From Callorhinchus milii (lineage: Eukaryota): a DNA stretch of 64,000 nt. The DNA is taken from assembly GCF_018977255.1 (NCBI RefSeq), contig NW_024704762.1:9176001-9240000 (forward strand), in the 5' to 3' direction. This document shows positions 38,405 through 50,940 of the stretch, piece after piece. Made by a program: the position numbers and the translations under genes. Positions within the stretch are counted from its first letter, which is position 1, and the number at the start of each line of letters is the position of its first letter. The notes below the pieces were generated by a model. That model did not search any database and was not told the DNA's origin. It worked only from the letters and a program-made list of their open reading frames with translations.

Positions 38405-39415
38405 CAGCTGTCTGTCTGACATTGAGTCTTGGACGAGAGACAACTTTCTTCAGCGAAAAACCGAGGCCCTCCTGATTGGCTCACGTCAGCGCCTCCGCAC
38501 CTCAGGCGCCGACACCATCAGCATCCAAGGCTGCACTCTCCACCTCTCAAAGCCATCAGGAACCTCAGCGTTTTGTTCGACCCTGAGCTGTCCTTTCTCC
38601 CTCACATCCGCACCACAACTGGCACCGCCTTCCATCACCTCCGGAACATCGCCAGACTACGGCATTACCTCACCCCTCACGCGGCTGAAACTCTGGTCCA
38701 CGCCTTTATCACCTCAAGGCTGGACTATGGGAACTCTCTCCTCGCGGCCTCCCCAGCCCTCCCTCCACACTGCAGGTCATTCAGAACTCTGCAGCTCGTG
38801 TACTGTCCCGCACCAGACACCGCGACCACATCACTCCCACCCTCGCTCGCCTCCACTGGCTCCCCATCCCCCAGAGGATTGATTTCAAGATCCTCATCCT
38901 CACCTACAAGGCCATTCACGGCCTCGCTCCCTCCTACCTCTCTAACCTACTATCCCCCTACCTACCTGCCCGTACCCTCTGTTCCTCCGGCTCCGGTCTG
39001 CTCCACATCCCCCGCCCCAACCGCCCTACCATCGGTGGTCGGGCCTTCAGCATCTCAGCCCCGAGGCTCTGGAACTCCATCCCCCAGTGCCTTCGCCGCT
39101 TCCTCCCTCTCCTCCTTCAAGGCCGGTCTCAAAACCTTTCTCTTTGACCGAGCCTTCAGCTCCCCTCTCGACTCTCTTCCCCCTCCTCGCTCCCTCCCTT
39201 CCCTCCCCTCACCCTGACCATTTCCCGCCTCCTCGCTCCCTCCCTTCCCTCCCCTCACCCTGACCATTTCCCCCCTCCTCGCTCCCTCCCTTCCCTCCCC
39301 TCACTCTGACCATTTCCCCCCTGCTCGGGTCCTGACCCAACTGTATTGGGCCTTGGGACGTCCTCCTGACGTGAAAGGCACTTTATAAATGGAATCTTGT
39401 TGTTGTTGTTGTTGT
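38194..39415 (+). mobile_element. L2/CR1-clade LINE inserted at the PAR-A C-terminus
   Basis: YADDTQLY and SRLDYGN RT motifs; collinear with 7430-8537; (TTG)n tail at about 39398-39415. Confidence 0.92.
39175..39325 (+). repeat. ~45-bp pyrimidine-rich tandem repeat x3 in the LINE 3' UTR
   Basis: CCTCCTCGCTCCCTCCCTTCCCTCCCCTCACCCTGACCATTTCCC repeated. Confidence 0.85.
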
Positions 39416-39984
39416 AAGTTTCACTCCAGGCTTTAGCTCAGAGCAGTTGTGTGCTTGGAAAGAGCATAGAGGCTAAGCTTTAGCTGCTCAACAACGACAA
39501 CAACTTGCACTTATGTAACGCCCATCGCGCCGGACAGGATCTCGGAGCGCTTCATCCATAATCGGAACTCTTTACTGTTGCATTTGATATCACGTCCTAT
39601 CTCGTCAAAGTGCCTCAATCCGGGGCTGATAATCCCTTCAAAAAAACAAAAAAATTTGGTCGCTTAAACCACGACTGACAATTGCTCTGCGCAATTGTCC
39701 CACGGCTGATCAGTTATAAATTAATAACTCTCTGTTGTATTAATAATATTGTGTGAAATCTAACAAGGATTTTTTTTCCAGATTTTTAATAAAAGGAGCA
39801 AATCTCCGTTTTGTCTTAAAATGTCGCTTTGTGTTTTTTTTCAGTCAAAGCTTCGAAATCCCTGGACACCTGGTAATTGATGTCTCTCTCTCTCTCTATT
39901 TCTGTTGCCTGTTCCAGCAAACCTACCTACATCCATTATCAATTGGCTGCCCACAAAATATACAGTCGGTTCACTTTACACTTG

Positions 39985-40640
39985 GGGGAGGGTGGAGGGC
40001 AGGGTGGAAGCAGGGAGATCGAAAGCATGGTCGAAGAGGAAGGTCTTGAGACAGGCATTGAAAGTGACAAGGGAAATGAGGCACAGGGACTGCGAGATGG
40101 AGTTCCAGAGGGTGGGGACAGAGTGGTGGAAGGCCCGCCCGCAGGTGGTAGGGCGAGCGAGACGAGGGACGTGAAGCAGGCCTGGAGCCCGCTGAGCGGA
40201 GGGAGCGAGCAGGATGGTAGGGGGTTAGGAGGTCGCAGAGGTAAGGGGGGAACAAGACAGTGGAGAGCTTTGAGGGTGAGGACCAGGATCTTGAGCTGTA
40301 TCCTCTGTGTGATGGGAAACCAGTGGTGTTGGGCGAGGATGGGAGTGATAGGGTCACGGAGCCTGGTGCAGGAGAGGACAGGGGGTGCAGAGTTCTGGGT
40401 GATCTGCAGCCTACGGTGGGAGGATTTGGGGAGGCCGACAAGCAGGGAGTTTGCAGAGTCGATGTAATGAAGGAGTGTATGAGGGTCTCGGGGGCCTTCG
40501 GTGTGAGACAGTGTCGGAGCCGGGCGACGTTGCAGAGGTGGGGGAAGGGAGAGCGGATCATGGCGCAGATGTGGGGTAGAAAGGATAGCTGGGGGTCAAA
40601 CAAGACCCCAAGGTTTCCGGATGGCTTAGCAAGGTGGACC
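39985..40640 (-). mobile_element. L2/CR1-clade LINE 3' fragment
   Basis: NLGVLFDPQLSFLPHI motif; same family as 7290-8537. Confidence 0.85.
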
Positions 40641-40842
40641 ATCTGATTAGTTTTTGAAAGAATCGGCACGTTCTAGATGTTCGATACGTTTACTACTGAA
40701 ACAGTGTCTCTGCAGATTTGTTCCGAATTTACCCCCTTCAATCATTACAACACAAATATACGGTCAGTTCACTTTACAGCATATTCTGTGAAGCGCTTTG
40801 AGACGTCCAGAAAATGTGAAAAGCACTACGTCAAATGCAAGG

Positions 40843-40873
<31 letters not shown>

Positions 40874-41188
40874 GCACTTCTGTGGAACATACACAACATT
40901 CAAGAGTAACGTGTGTTGGTGGGCTATTTTACTTGAACAAGTTATGTCAGGAAATTGCTCCTCACCCTTACATCGAGAACATGTGCTAACTTGAGTTAGC
41001 TCAGTTTAAAGGCATTCTCGCTAATCTGTTCCTATTTACCCAATCCAATCATATCCTATGGAAATGCCCAAGTAGGAAATAACATTCCCAGCTTAGGAAA
41101 CTGGAACTAGTTGGTTTGGAGGGAGCGAGAGAGAGACAGAGAGACAGAGAGAAAGAGTATGTTGGAGGTGGGAGGCAAATGTGCCATT

Positions 41189-44100
41189 ATGAACAACCCT
41201 CATCTGTTACAAACTCTTCTCTTCTCTCTCTTAATATCCTCGGCTTACGGTGGTAAGTTTATAATTTTACTTCATTCAAAGTTCCTGGGGTGACAAAAGT
41301 AATAAAGAGTGGCTACGGTCTGGAAGGCACTGCCTGAGAGGTTGGTGGAAGCAGATTCGATAGTAGCTTTCGCGAGGGAACTCAACAGGGACTCGAAAAG
41401 GAAACATCTGCAGGGCTATGGGGTAAGGGGGCAGAGGAGTTGGATAGCTCTTTGAAAGAGCCGGCAACTCCATGGTGATAATAGTAATAATAATAAGAAT
41501 AATCCTTGTATTTGATGTAGAGCCTTATCAGGTTGCCGAGATGTCTCAAAGTGCTTCACAGAATATATTGTAAACAACCATAACTTGCATGTGGAGTCCT
41601 GTAGCTCAGTGGTTAGAGCACTCGCTTTGCAAGCAAGAGACCTGAGTTCAATTCCAGGCAGGTCAGGGCGAAACCTTGGGCAAGTTTCCTTACTCCACAC
41701 AGAGCCTAATAATAATCCCTCCAAAAAACAAAAACAATAATTAAATTGGTCATTTTCAATCTATGACTGTTTGTGGGACATTGCTGTGCGCAATTGGCTG
41801 CCGCGTTCGCCCACAAATATACAGTCAACTCACTTTACAGTATATTCTGTGAAGCGCTTTGGGACGTCCTCCCGACGTGAAAAGCGCTATATCAAATGCA
41901 AGGATTATTATTATTATTATTTATATAGCGTCCCGGAGCTCTTGACAGTGGAGGAGTCGGACACCGAGGCAGAGGGGAGGTGGGGGGGGGGGGTGGAGAA
42001 GTGACCGTAAGCCCGATCAAAAAGGAAGGTCTTTGAATAGGATTTGAAAGTGGGCAGGGAGGGTGCGAGGGGGGGCGATTGAGGGAGAGGGCTCCAGAGT
42101 TTTGAGAGGATCTTGAATTCGATCCGTTCAGTGACGAGTTATCAGGAGTGGTGAGTATAAATACATAAATAAATTCAGTGGGGATATTGACAGTGTGATG
42201 ACTTAAATGGTAGTGACAAGTAAACCAGGGTCAAGTTATCAGGAGTTTACTGTTATTATTAAAGATGATATTATTAGTAATACGTGATTTAAGTGCTGTA
42301 AGATGTTTCATTTTAAACTTCATAAAAATATAGAGTTATTCTTAAATCTTACGAATCCCAATTTGATATTCATCCCAAAATATTTGTTGGAAACTCAGGA
42401 CAAGTTTGATGTGATCAGTTCGATCAAGTTCAAGGATTGTTATTGTTATGATGATGATAACTGTGATTTATGGATGCTTTATGATACGAAAGTGGATTGT
42501 ACTCCAGTCTGGGTGAGCTGTGAAGGTGTTTCAGCGCCTTGGGACGTCCTCCCGACGTGAAAGGCGCTATACAAATTTAATCTTGTTGTTTCTCCCTGAG
42601 CGCTGGTGAACAAAACTCATGAAAAAAAATTGGTCACTCGTTCCACGGTTGTTTGCAATACACTACTGGGCACAAACTGTCTGCCATGTTTCACCCACAA
42701 AAACACACAGTCACTCCACTTTACACTGTATTCTGTGAAGCGCTTTGAAACGTCTCGACGACGTGATAAGGCGCTGTATGAAAGCAACAACAACAACAAA
42801 GTTACACTTGTATAGCACCTTTCACGTCGGGAGGTCATCCCAAGGTGCCGGACAGACAGGGTTACGGACCCGAGCTGGGGGTTCGGATGGGGGAGGGTGG
42901 AGGGTAGGTGGGGGGAAAGCAGGGAGATCGAAAGCACGGTTGAAGAGGGGAGGGTCTTGAGGTGGGTCTTGAAGGTGGCGAGGAAGGGGGGGGGGGGAGG
43001 CAGTGGGACTGCAGGATGGAGTTCCAGAGGGTGGGGGCAGAGTGGCAGAAGGCCCACCTGCGAATAGCGCGGCGAACGAGGACATGAAGCAGGCAGAGTA
43101 AGAATTATTATTATTATTATTAGTTATTATTATTATTTTAGTAACTTGCTGGTGGAAGAGCTTTTCCAATGTTAATTCATCTAATGCTATTCCTCCTGAG
43201 CAGATGGCGATGGGAACACGACAACTGATATAGTCGAGACAATCAAATACTTTATTATTCACGAATCTAGCTTGATAACTTTCAAGAATCTCAGCGTCAA
43301 TGAGCTTGAGAATATGACTGACTATGTCTGGAAAAACCTCACCATCTACAAGGTTGACAACATCACGAGAGGCCACTTGACTGGTGCGGTCACTACGGTG
43401 TTCATTCCAACTCTCTACATTCTGGTGTTCGGCATTGGGCTGCCCGCCAACGCACTGGGGCTCTGGATAATGATCACGAAAATCAGGAAGCTGCCCTCCA
43501 CCATCTTCCTCATCAACCTGGCCACCTCAGACCTGCTCCTCATCCTCATGCTGCCCTTCAAGATCTCCTACCACCTGATGGGCAACGACTGGATATTCGG
43601 CGAGGCTTTGTGCCGACTCTACACCGGGCTCTTCTACGGCAACATATACTGCTCCATCCTCCTCCTCACCTTCATCAGCGTCGACCGCTACTTCGCCCTG
43701 GTCCACCCGTTCCTCTCGCTGGGCTTCAGGGACAAGAGGCTTGCCTGTGGTGTTTGCCTGGGCACCTGGGCCCTGGTGTCTCTCTCTCTGCTGCCTTTCC
43801 TCCTGGTGCAGCAAACCTACCATATCCACAACCTAAACGTCACCACCTGTCACGACTCGTTGCTCTCGGAGCAACGTAGCGGCTATTTCTTCTATTACTT
43901 CGCTTCCCTGGTCATCGTGGAGTTTGCCCTGCCCTGTGCCATCACCCTGTTCTGCTACGGCTCCATCATCAAGACCCTGGCGTTCAACGAGAAGAAATAC
44001 AAGCGGGCGGCGGGCGCGACCACCCTCACCCTCCTGGTCTACGTGCTGTGCTTCACTCCCAGCAACGTCATCCTCCTGACTCACCACCTGCAGTTCTTCC

Positions 44101-44381
44101 TCAACCACCACAGCGACCTGTACATCTACTACATGCTCAGCCTGGCTCTCAGTGGCTTCAGCAGCTGCCTGGATCCCTTCATCTACTATTTTGTGTCCGA
44201 CGACTTCAGAGCCAAGGTCCAAGCGACACTTTGCTCCCGCAAGGAGAAGGGCGGCCGGGAAACCTCGCCAAAAGTCTTGCGAGTGAAGCCCCCCATCAAC
44301 ACGGTCCCCTTGACATCCTCCTTCACCTCCACCGCCACAGCCGCAGCCGCGCCCCAGCTTTTGAACAGCCTGGAGACCTGA
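41189..44381 (+). CDS. Proteinase-activated receptor (PAR3/PAR4-like), PAR-B, 413 aa; exons 41189-41252 and 43204-44381
   Basis: Signal exon MNNPHLLQTLLFSLLISSAYG G/GTAAG; acceptor GAGCAG/AT in frame with the 369-aa ORF; GLPAN, DRY, TTCHD and DPFIYYF motifs. Confidence 0.93.
41591..41921 (+). mobile_element. tRNA-derived SINE, young subfamily
   Basis: GTGGAGTCCTGTAGCTCAGTGGTTAGAGC head (A box), TTGCA anticodon-like loop, GAGTTCAATTCC B box and (ATT)n tail. Confidence 0.9.
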
Positions 44382-46514
44382 CCACACAGGGAGACTGACT
44401 GACTGAAGCAGAAAGAAATACGGAACCCTTACATTTTAACAGCCTCCTCCCTCACCACACACACTGACACACACACATACACTGACACACACTGACACAC
44501 ACACATACACTGACACACACACTGACACACACCCCGCACCCTCCACCACACCCGCCCCTCCCCCCCCGCATCAGCTACAAAATACACAGTCACTCCACTT
44601 TCAGCATCTCCTAGAGGGGGACACTGCGTGTTTGTGGGCGATATTAATTATTACGGTGGTTTTTCATTGATTCTCAGGTAAACTCACACACTCAGATTAC
44701 TCGCAAATGATACTGTCAATTCACTTTACACTCTATTCTGTGAAGCGCTTTGAGACATCGAGAAGACATGAAAAGCGCTGTATCAAATGCATGGATTGTT
44801 ATTATATTATTATTACTTTTTCCAGCTTAATAAAAAGGAGTAAATGTACGTTTTTGTGTTGAGCTGTTTCTTTGTGTTTATTGACCATTAAAGCATCAAA
44901 ATTCCAGGAAACTTGAGGAATGTGATTAAGTCCAGAGTGTGTCTATCTCTCGTTCCTCTCTATTCACAGGACAGGATTCCCCTTGTTTTCATCTTACCTA
45001 GAAATAGATGAAGCACGGCTGTTAGTCAATTGGCGGATCACTTTCCAGGGGTAATAATCCACTCCCCCAGCACCCTGACCCCGAAAAAAATTTGGTCATT
45101 CAATCCACGACTGTTTGTGGGCCACAGCTGTGTGCAATTGGCAGTCAAGTTTCGCCCACAAAATGTCCAGTCACTCCCCTATATCCTGTGGAGTGCTTTG
45201 AGATGTCTCAACGACGTGATAATGCTCTATATCAAATGCAAGGATTATTATTGTTATTATTCATTGCTCCTCCAATATATATTATGAAAGCAAACGTCAC
45301 CTCATCAATACCTGAAGCTCTCGATACCCCATCACCTCATGTCCTCTGTGTAAAACGTAGGGTTACGGTTGGAAATATTTCTCCCCTTCTTCAGGGAAAT
45401 GTATTTTAATCAAGCTTCAGATGAGTTGGCGTTTTTCTGTTAAAATGTGCGTAAAGTGATAAGAGTCAGCCTGGCTCAGTCGCTAGCCCTCACGCCTCTC
45501 AGTCAAGTGGCTGTGGGTTCAAGCCCCCAAGTCGGGATCTTTGTAGACAACACTGATGCTGCAATACAGTGCTGGGGGCGGGGGTTGGTGGGGCTGCATT
45601 GCCGGAGATGCCGTCCTTCAGATGAGACGTTAAACTAACGTCCTTCTGTTGAGGGGGAAGTTAGAGATGACATGTCACTGTTTGAAAAGAGATGGAACTT
45701 CTTCTCTTCCATCTGTGGTGTCTCTCTCTCTCTCTCTCTCAATCTGTCTGCGAAAGCACCTCACCAGTATCAAGCAGGACATCTGAGCTCAGGAAGCTGC
45801 CGTGAACACTTCACCGCGGGTTAACACTAAGCTCAAACTCCAATGACTTGATTCCAGAGCCTCTGAGCAATGGCAATGTGGGAATATACCTGTTGTGGAG
45901 TGCCGTAGCGTAGTGGTTAGAGCGCTCACCTCGCAAGCAAGAGAACCCGGGTTCGATCCCCAGGTAGGGAAGTTTAGGCAAGTTTCCTTATTCCACACGC
46001 CTCTGTTTACCTAGCAGTAAGTTAGTCAAATGGCGGATCGCTTTTCTGGGGGTAATAATCCCTCCAAGAAAATTAATCTTTAAAACAATAATTTGGTCAC
46101 TCAATCCACGACTGTTTGTGGGACGCCGCCGTGCGCAATTGGCTGCCGTGTTTTGCCCACAAAGAATACAGTCAATTCACTTTAAAGTATATTATCTCGA
46201 AAATATGATAAGACACTGTATCAAATGCAAGGATTATCATTATCATTATTATTATAGTCTGTGCGATAAGTCTTTCCCGAGGTGAGCTAAGAAATTGCTG
46301 CTCGCTCTTACTCTTCAAACGTTCTGAACCAACGACAACATCTACTAATGTGATTCTGAGCCATGAGGTCAGTTTAAAAGCATCCTTCTCGTCTGCTCCC
46401 ATTTCCTCTCCCACTTATGCACAAGTAGGAAATAACATTTCCAGCTCAGGAAACAGTTAGTTCGGAGAGAGAGAGAGTGTGTGTGTGGGACAGCTGGGAG
46501 GACCGTGTATCATC

Positions 46515-47483
46515 ATGAACTCTCCACATCTGATACAAACTCTTCTCTTCGCTCTCTTAATCTCCTGTTGCACTTCTGACTTCTTGAGTTACAACTGTAA
46601 GTTTATCATTTTACTGTATTCAAAATTCCTGGGATCACAAAGATAACATAAGGGTTGTTACGGTCTGGAACGCACTGCCTGAAAGGGTGGTGGAAGCAAA
46701 TTGGATAGAAGTTTTCAAAGCGGAATTGGGATAGTACTTGAAAAGGAAATCTTGGCTGTGGGGTACAAGCCGGGGGAGTAGGACTCGTTGGTGGCTCTTT
46801 CTAAGACCTGCACCTGCACGATGGGCCGAATGTCCTCCTTCTGTGCTGTGAGATTCTATGATTCTATGAAACTTTTGTTACGAGGTTAAGTTTTCCCGAA
46901 GCTTTCTGTTCGGCTCTGCTTTCGAGACTGCGATGTCTGAAACGGGTGAAAATGTTCACACAGGTTACCAACAGATTATCAAAGGGCAGAGAGGATTCAT
47001 TTATTAAAGGGGTGGTGTGTGGGGAAGGGGAAAAGGGGTAATTTACGGGCGTATACCCACAAAATCCACTTTAAGTACATTCTGCAAAGCGCTTTGAGAT
47101 GTCTCGACGATGTGAAAGGAACCATATCAAATGCAATCAAAGGATTATTATTATTATAATGTGCCCTAATTAAAATTATTATTATAATAATTCATTTGAA
47201 CCGGAGCCTTTTGCGCGTGTAGTTTTTTTTATTTTGAGTGTATAACGGTTCATCTCAGGGCGCAGAAAACAAGATATTAAAAGAGACACTGAAACTCGTG
47301 ACTGGGGCTCTCGAATTCGAAATAAATTCTTTCCGAGAGATTCTGCTTCAAATCGAAGCTGAAAATTTACAGAAACAAAACCAGCCATCACCGTTTCGCT
47401 GTCTGTCAAAAGTTTCCTTCCTCTAAATTAAGTGGTTTTGATAAAAGTGTAAATAAACAAGCGATTAGAAAGAGACTTCAAAG

Positions 47484-47514
<31 letters not shown>

Positions 47515-49612
47515 CCTTGCATTTGATATAGCGCTTTTCACGTCGGGAGGACGTCCCAAAGCGCTTCACAGAACACACTGTAAAGTGAATTGACTGTATA
47601 TTTGTGGGCGAACGCGGCAGCCAATTGCGCACAGCAATGTCCCACAAACAGTCGTAGATTGAAAATGACCAATTTTTTTTTTATTATTATTTTTGGTTTT
47701 TGAAGGGATTATTATTAGGCGTGTGGAGTAAGGAAACTTGCCCAAGAAACACAGTGGCTGGAACCGGTGTCGAGTGCACAGAATCTTCCTGCCTCCATCC
47801 GGCCACTGTCTTTGGAAGGTTTAAGCATTTGTGTGTCTTGAAAGTTGATTTTTTTGTTCTCCTTAAAGCAAAAGACTGGAGTCTAACTTGCGATATTTCT
47901 TTCTTAACGGTAATCAACAACCACAGTAACAACAAAGCGACGTGTGGAAAGCGCCTTTCACGTCAGGAGCACGTCCCGCGGTGCCGGACAGACAGAGTTA
48001 CGGACCCGAGCTGAGGGTCAGGGTGGGGGAGGGCGGGACAGCGGGGGTGGGGGGTGGGGGGAAGCAGGGAGATCGAAAGCAAGGTCGAAGAGGAGGGTCT
48101 TGAGGTGGGGCTTGAGGTGGGGTGACGAGAGAGGGGGCGAGATGGAGGGATTGCGGGATGGAGCTTCAGAGGGTGGGGGCAGAGTGGAGCAAGGCCTCGC
48201 GTAACGCTGATCGTGGGGCGAACGAGGCGGTGGATGTGAAGCAGGCCAGAGCCCACTGAGCGGAGGGAGCGAACAGGGTGGCCGGGGAGTTAGGAGGTGG
48301 GAGAGGTCGGGGGGAGCAAGACCATGGATGGGCTTTGAAGGTGAGGACCTGGATCTTGAACTGTATCCTCTGTGTGATGGGAGGCCAGCGGAGTCGGGCG
48401 AGGATGGGGGTGATAGGGTCGCGGAGCCCGGTGCTGTGGAGGGAGAAGTTGGGGGAGGCCAACAAGCAGTGAGTTTGCGCAGTCGAGCCTTGATGTAATG
48501 AAGGCGCGTACGAGGGTATGAAGTTTCCTCACTCCGCACACCTCTGTTCACCGAGCAGCAAGTAGGAAACCGGTTAGTCGATTGGCAGATCGCATTTCCT
48601 GAGCTTAATCATCCTTCAACAATAAATGAATAAAATAATATTTTTTTAAAAATTGGTGACTCACTCAATCCAGGACTGTTTGTGGGAACCTGCTGCGCGC
48701 AATTGGCTGCTGCTTTTCGTCCACAAAATACAGTCACTTGACAGTATATCCTGTGAAGCGCTTTGAGACGTCTCAAAGACCGGTTAAGACTCTATATCAA
48801 ACGCAAGGATTATTATTATTAATTAATAATAAGTGGATTATTATTATTAATAATAATAAGTCTCTCCCTGTCCCTCTGAGTCCCCTCAAAGGTGGCCAAC
48901 TTTTGGTGTGATGCAACGTGAATTCATCTATTTTTTTTCTTCCACTTGTGTTTGCAGTCACAGATTACAATTACGAGAGAAGTATAATGCTCAATGAGTC
49001 GACCTACAATTACGAGGGAAGTATAATGCTCAATGAGTCGACTGACTTTGCAATGTCGAAAGCAAATCCCAGAGGCTTCCGTCCTCATTATGAATTGATA
49101 CCAGTGATTGTCACCATAAATAACAGAACCTTCTACACAATGAAGAACCTCAGCAACGTTGACAACATCACGAGAGGCCACTTGACTGGTGCGGTCACTA
49201 CGGTGTTCATTCCAACTCTCTACATTCTGGTGTTCGGCATTGGGCTGCCCGCCAACGCACTGGGGCTCTGGATAATGATCACGAAAATCAGGAAGCTGCC
49301 CTCCACCATCTTCCTCATCAACCTGGCCACCTCAGACCTGCTCCTCATCCTCATGCTGCCCTTCAAGATCTCCTACCACCTGATGGGCAACGACTGGATA
49401 TTCGGCGAGGCTTTGTGCCGACTCTACACCGGGCTCTTCTACGGCAACATGTACTGCTCCATCCTCCTCCTCACCTTCATCAGCGTCGACCGCTACTTCG
49501 CCCTGGTCCACCCGTTCCTCTCGCTGCGCTTCAGGTGAGCAAATACTCAGAGTAGAGTCAGTAGATGTGGAGGTTCACTCTTCGTGACAATGCTACTGTT
49601 TGAAGGCAGACA

Positions 49613-49647
<35 letters not shown>

Positions 49648-50469
49648 TCTTTCCATCGTGAAGTCCCGTAGCTCAGTGGTTAGAGCTCTCGCCTTGCAAG
49701 CGAGAGGACCCAGGTTCGATTCCCGGGTGGGGCAAAGCCTTAGGCAAGTTTCCTTACTCCACACACACACACTTTTTTTGATGCAACAAAGACGTGATAA
49801 GGCGCGCCGTCAAATGCAAGGATTCTTATTGTTGTTACTATTATTATATTCAGGGACAAGAGGCTTGCCTGTGGTGTTTGCCTGGGCACCTGGGCCCTGG
49901 TGTCTCTCTCTCTGCTGCCTTTCCTCCTGGTGCAGCAAACCTACCATATCCACAACCTAAACGTCACCACCTGTCACGATGTGTTGCCCTTGAGACAACA
50001 GAACGGCTATTTCTTCTATTACTTCGCTTCCCTGGTCACCGTGGAGTTTGCCCTGCCCTGCGCCATCACCCTGTTCTGCTACGGCTCCGTCATCAAGACC
50101 CTGGCGTTCAACGAGAAGAAATACAAGCGGGCGGCGGGCGCGACCACCCTCACCCTCCTGGTCTACGTGCTGTGCTTCACTCCCAGCAACGTCATCCTCC
50201 TGACTCACCACCTGCAGTTCTTCCTCAACCACGACAGCGACCTGTACATCTACTACATGCTCAGCCTGGCTCTCAGTGGCTTCAGCAGCTGCCTGGATCC
50301 CTTCATCTACTATTTTGTGTCCGACGACTTCAGAGCCAAGGTCCAAGCGACACTTTGCTCCCGCAAGGAGAAGGGCGGCCGGGAAACCTCACAAGAACTT
50401 TTACGTACCACCACCACCTCCACAACGACCAACTTCCTCTACACGTCCCACTCGAAGACCGTAGTCTGA
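46515..50469 (+). CDS. Proteinase-activated receptor (PAR4-like cleavage site), PAR-C, 424 aa if spliced; exons 46515-46596, 48958-49534, 49854-50469
   Basis: Signal exon MNSPHLIQTLLFALLISCCTSDFLSYN T/GTAAG; acceptor TTTGCAG/TC; ANPR/GFRPHY site. The 7TM region is nearly identical to PAR-B but is interrupted by a 319-nt GT..AG insertion whose removal restores the frame. It could instead be a disrupted pseudogene. Confidence 0.8.
47940..48525 (-). mobile_element. L2/CR1-clade LINE 3' fragment in PAR-C intron 1
   Basis: AFITSRLDCANSLL and RIQFKI motifs plus the family 3' end. Confidence 0.85.
49658..49848 (+). mobile_element. Internally deleted tRNA-derived SINE inside the PAR-C insertion
   Basis: GTAGCTCAGTGGTTAGAGC...GGTTCGATTCCC head joined to the GACGTGATAAGGCG..CAAATGCAAGG(ATT)n tail; central core missing. 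Confidence 0.85.
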
Positions 50470-50562
50470 GTGAATAGCCTCTGACTCGCTGGAGACCTGA
50501 CCCCACAGGGAGACTGACTGACTGTCCAGCTTGCCTTGTCAAAAGCAGAATGAATTGTCATC

Positions 50563-50940
50563 TTGTAGCTTAGTGGTGAGAGCGCTCCCCTTGCAGGCGA
50601 GAGGACTTGGGTTCGATTCCCAGCCCGGCAGGGAAAAATCTTAGGCAAGTTTCCTTACTCCACAAGGCTCTGTTTACCTAGTGGTAAGTAGGAACACGGT
50701 TGCCAGTCGATTGGCGCATCGCTTTCCGGGAGTAATAATTCCTTAAAAAAAAATAATAAGTTGGTCACTCAATCCACGACTGTTTATGGGACACTGCTGT
50801 GTGCATTTGACTGCCAGATGTCTCACACAAAATATACAGTCATTTCACTTTACAGTGTTTTCTGTGAAGCGCTTTGAGAAGTCTCAAAGACATGATAAGG
50901 CAGTATATCAAATGCAAGGATTATTATTATTATTATTATT
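50563..50940 (+). mobile_element. tRNA-derived SINE in the PAR-C 3' UTR region
   Basis: Full head-core-tail copy. Confidence 0.85.

Noticed and set aside
43527-44387. Antisense and alternate-frame ORFs over the PAR exons (also 37595-38008 and 49957-50346)
   Set aside because: Shadows of GC3-rich coding sequence.
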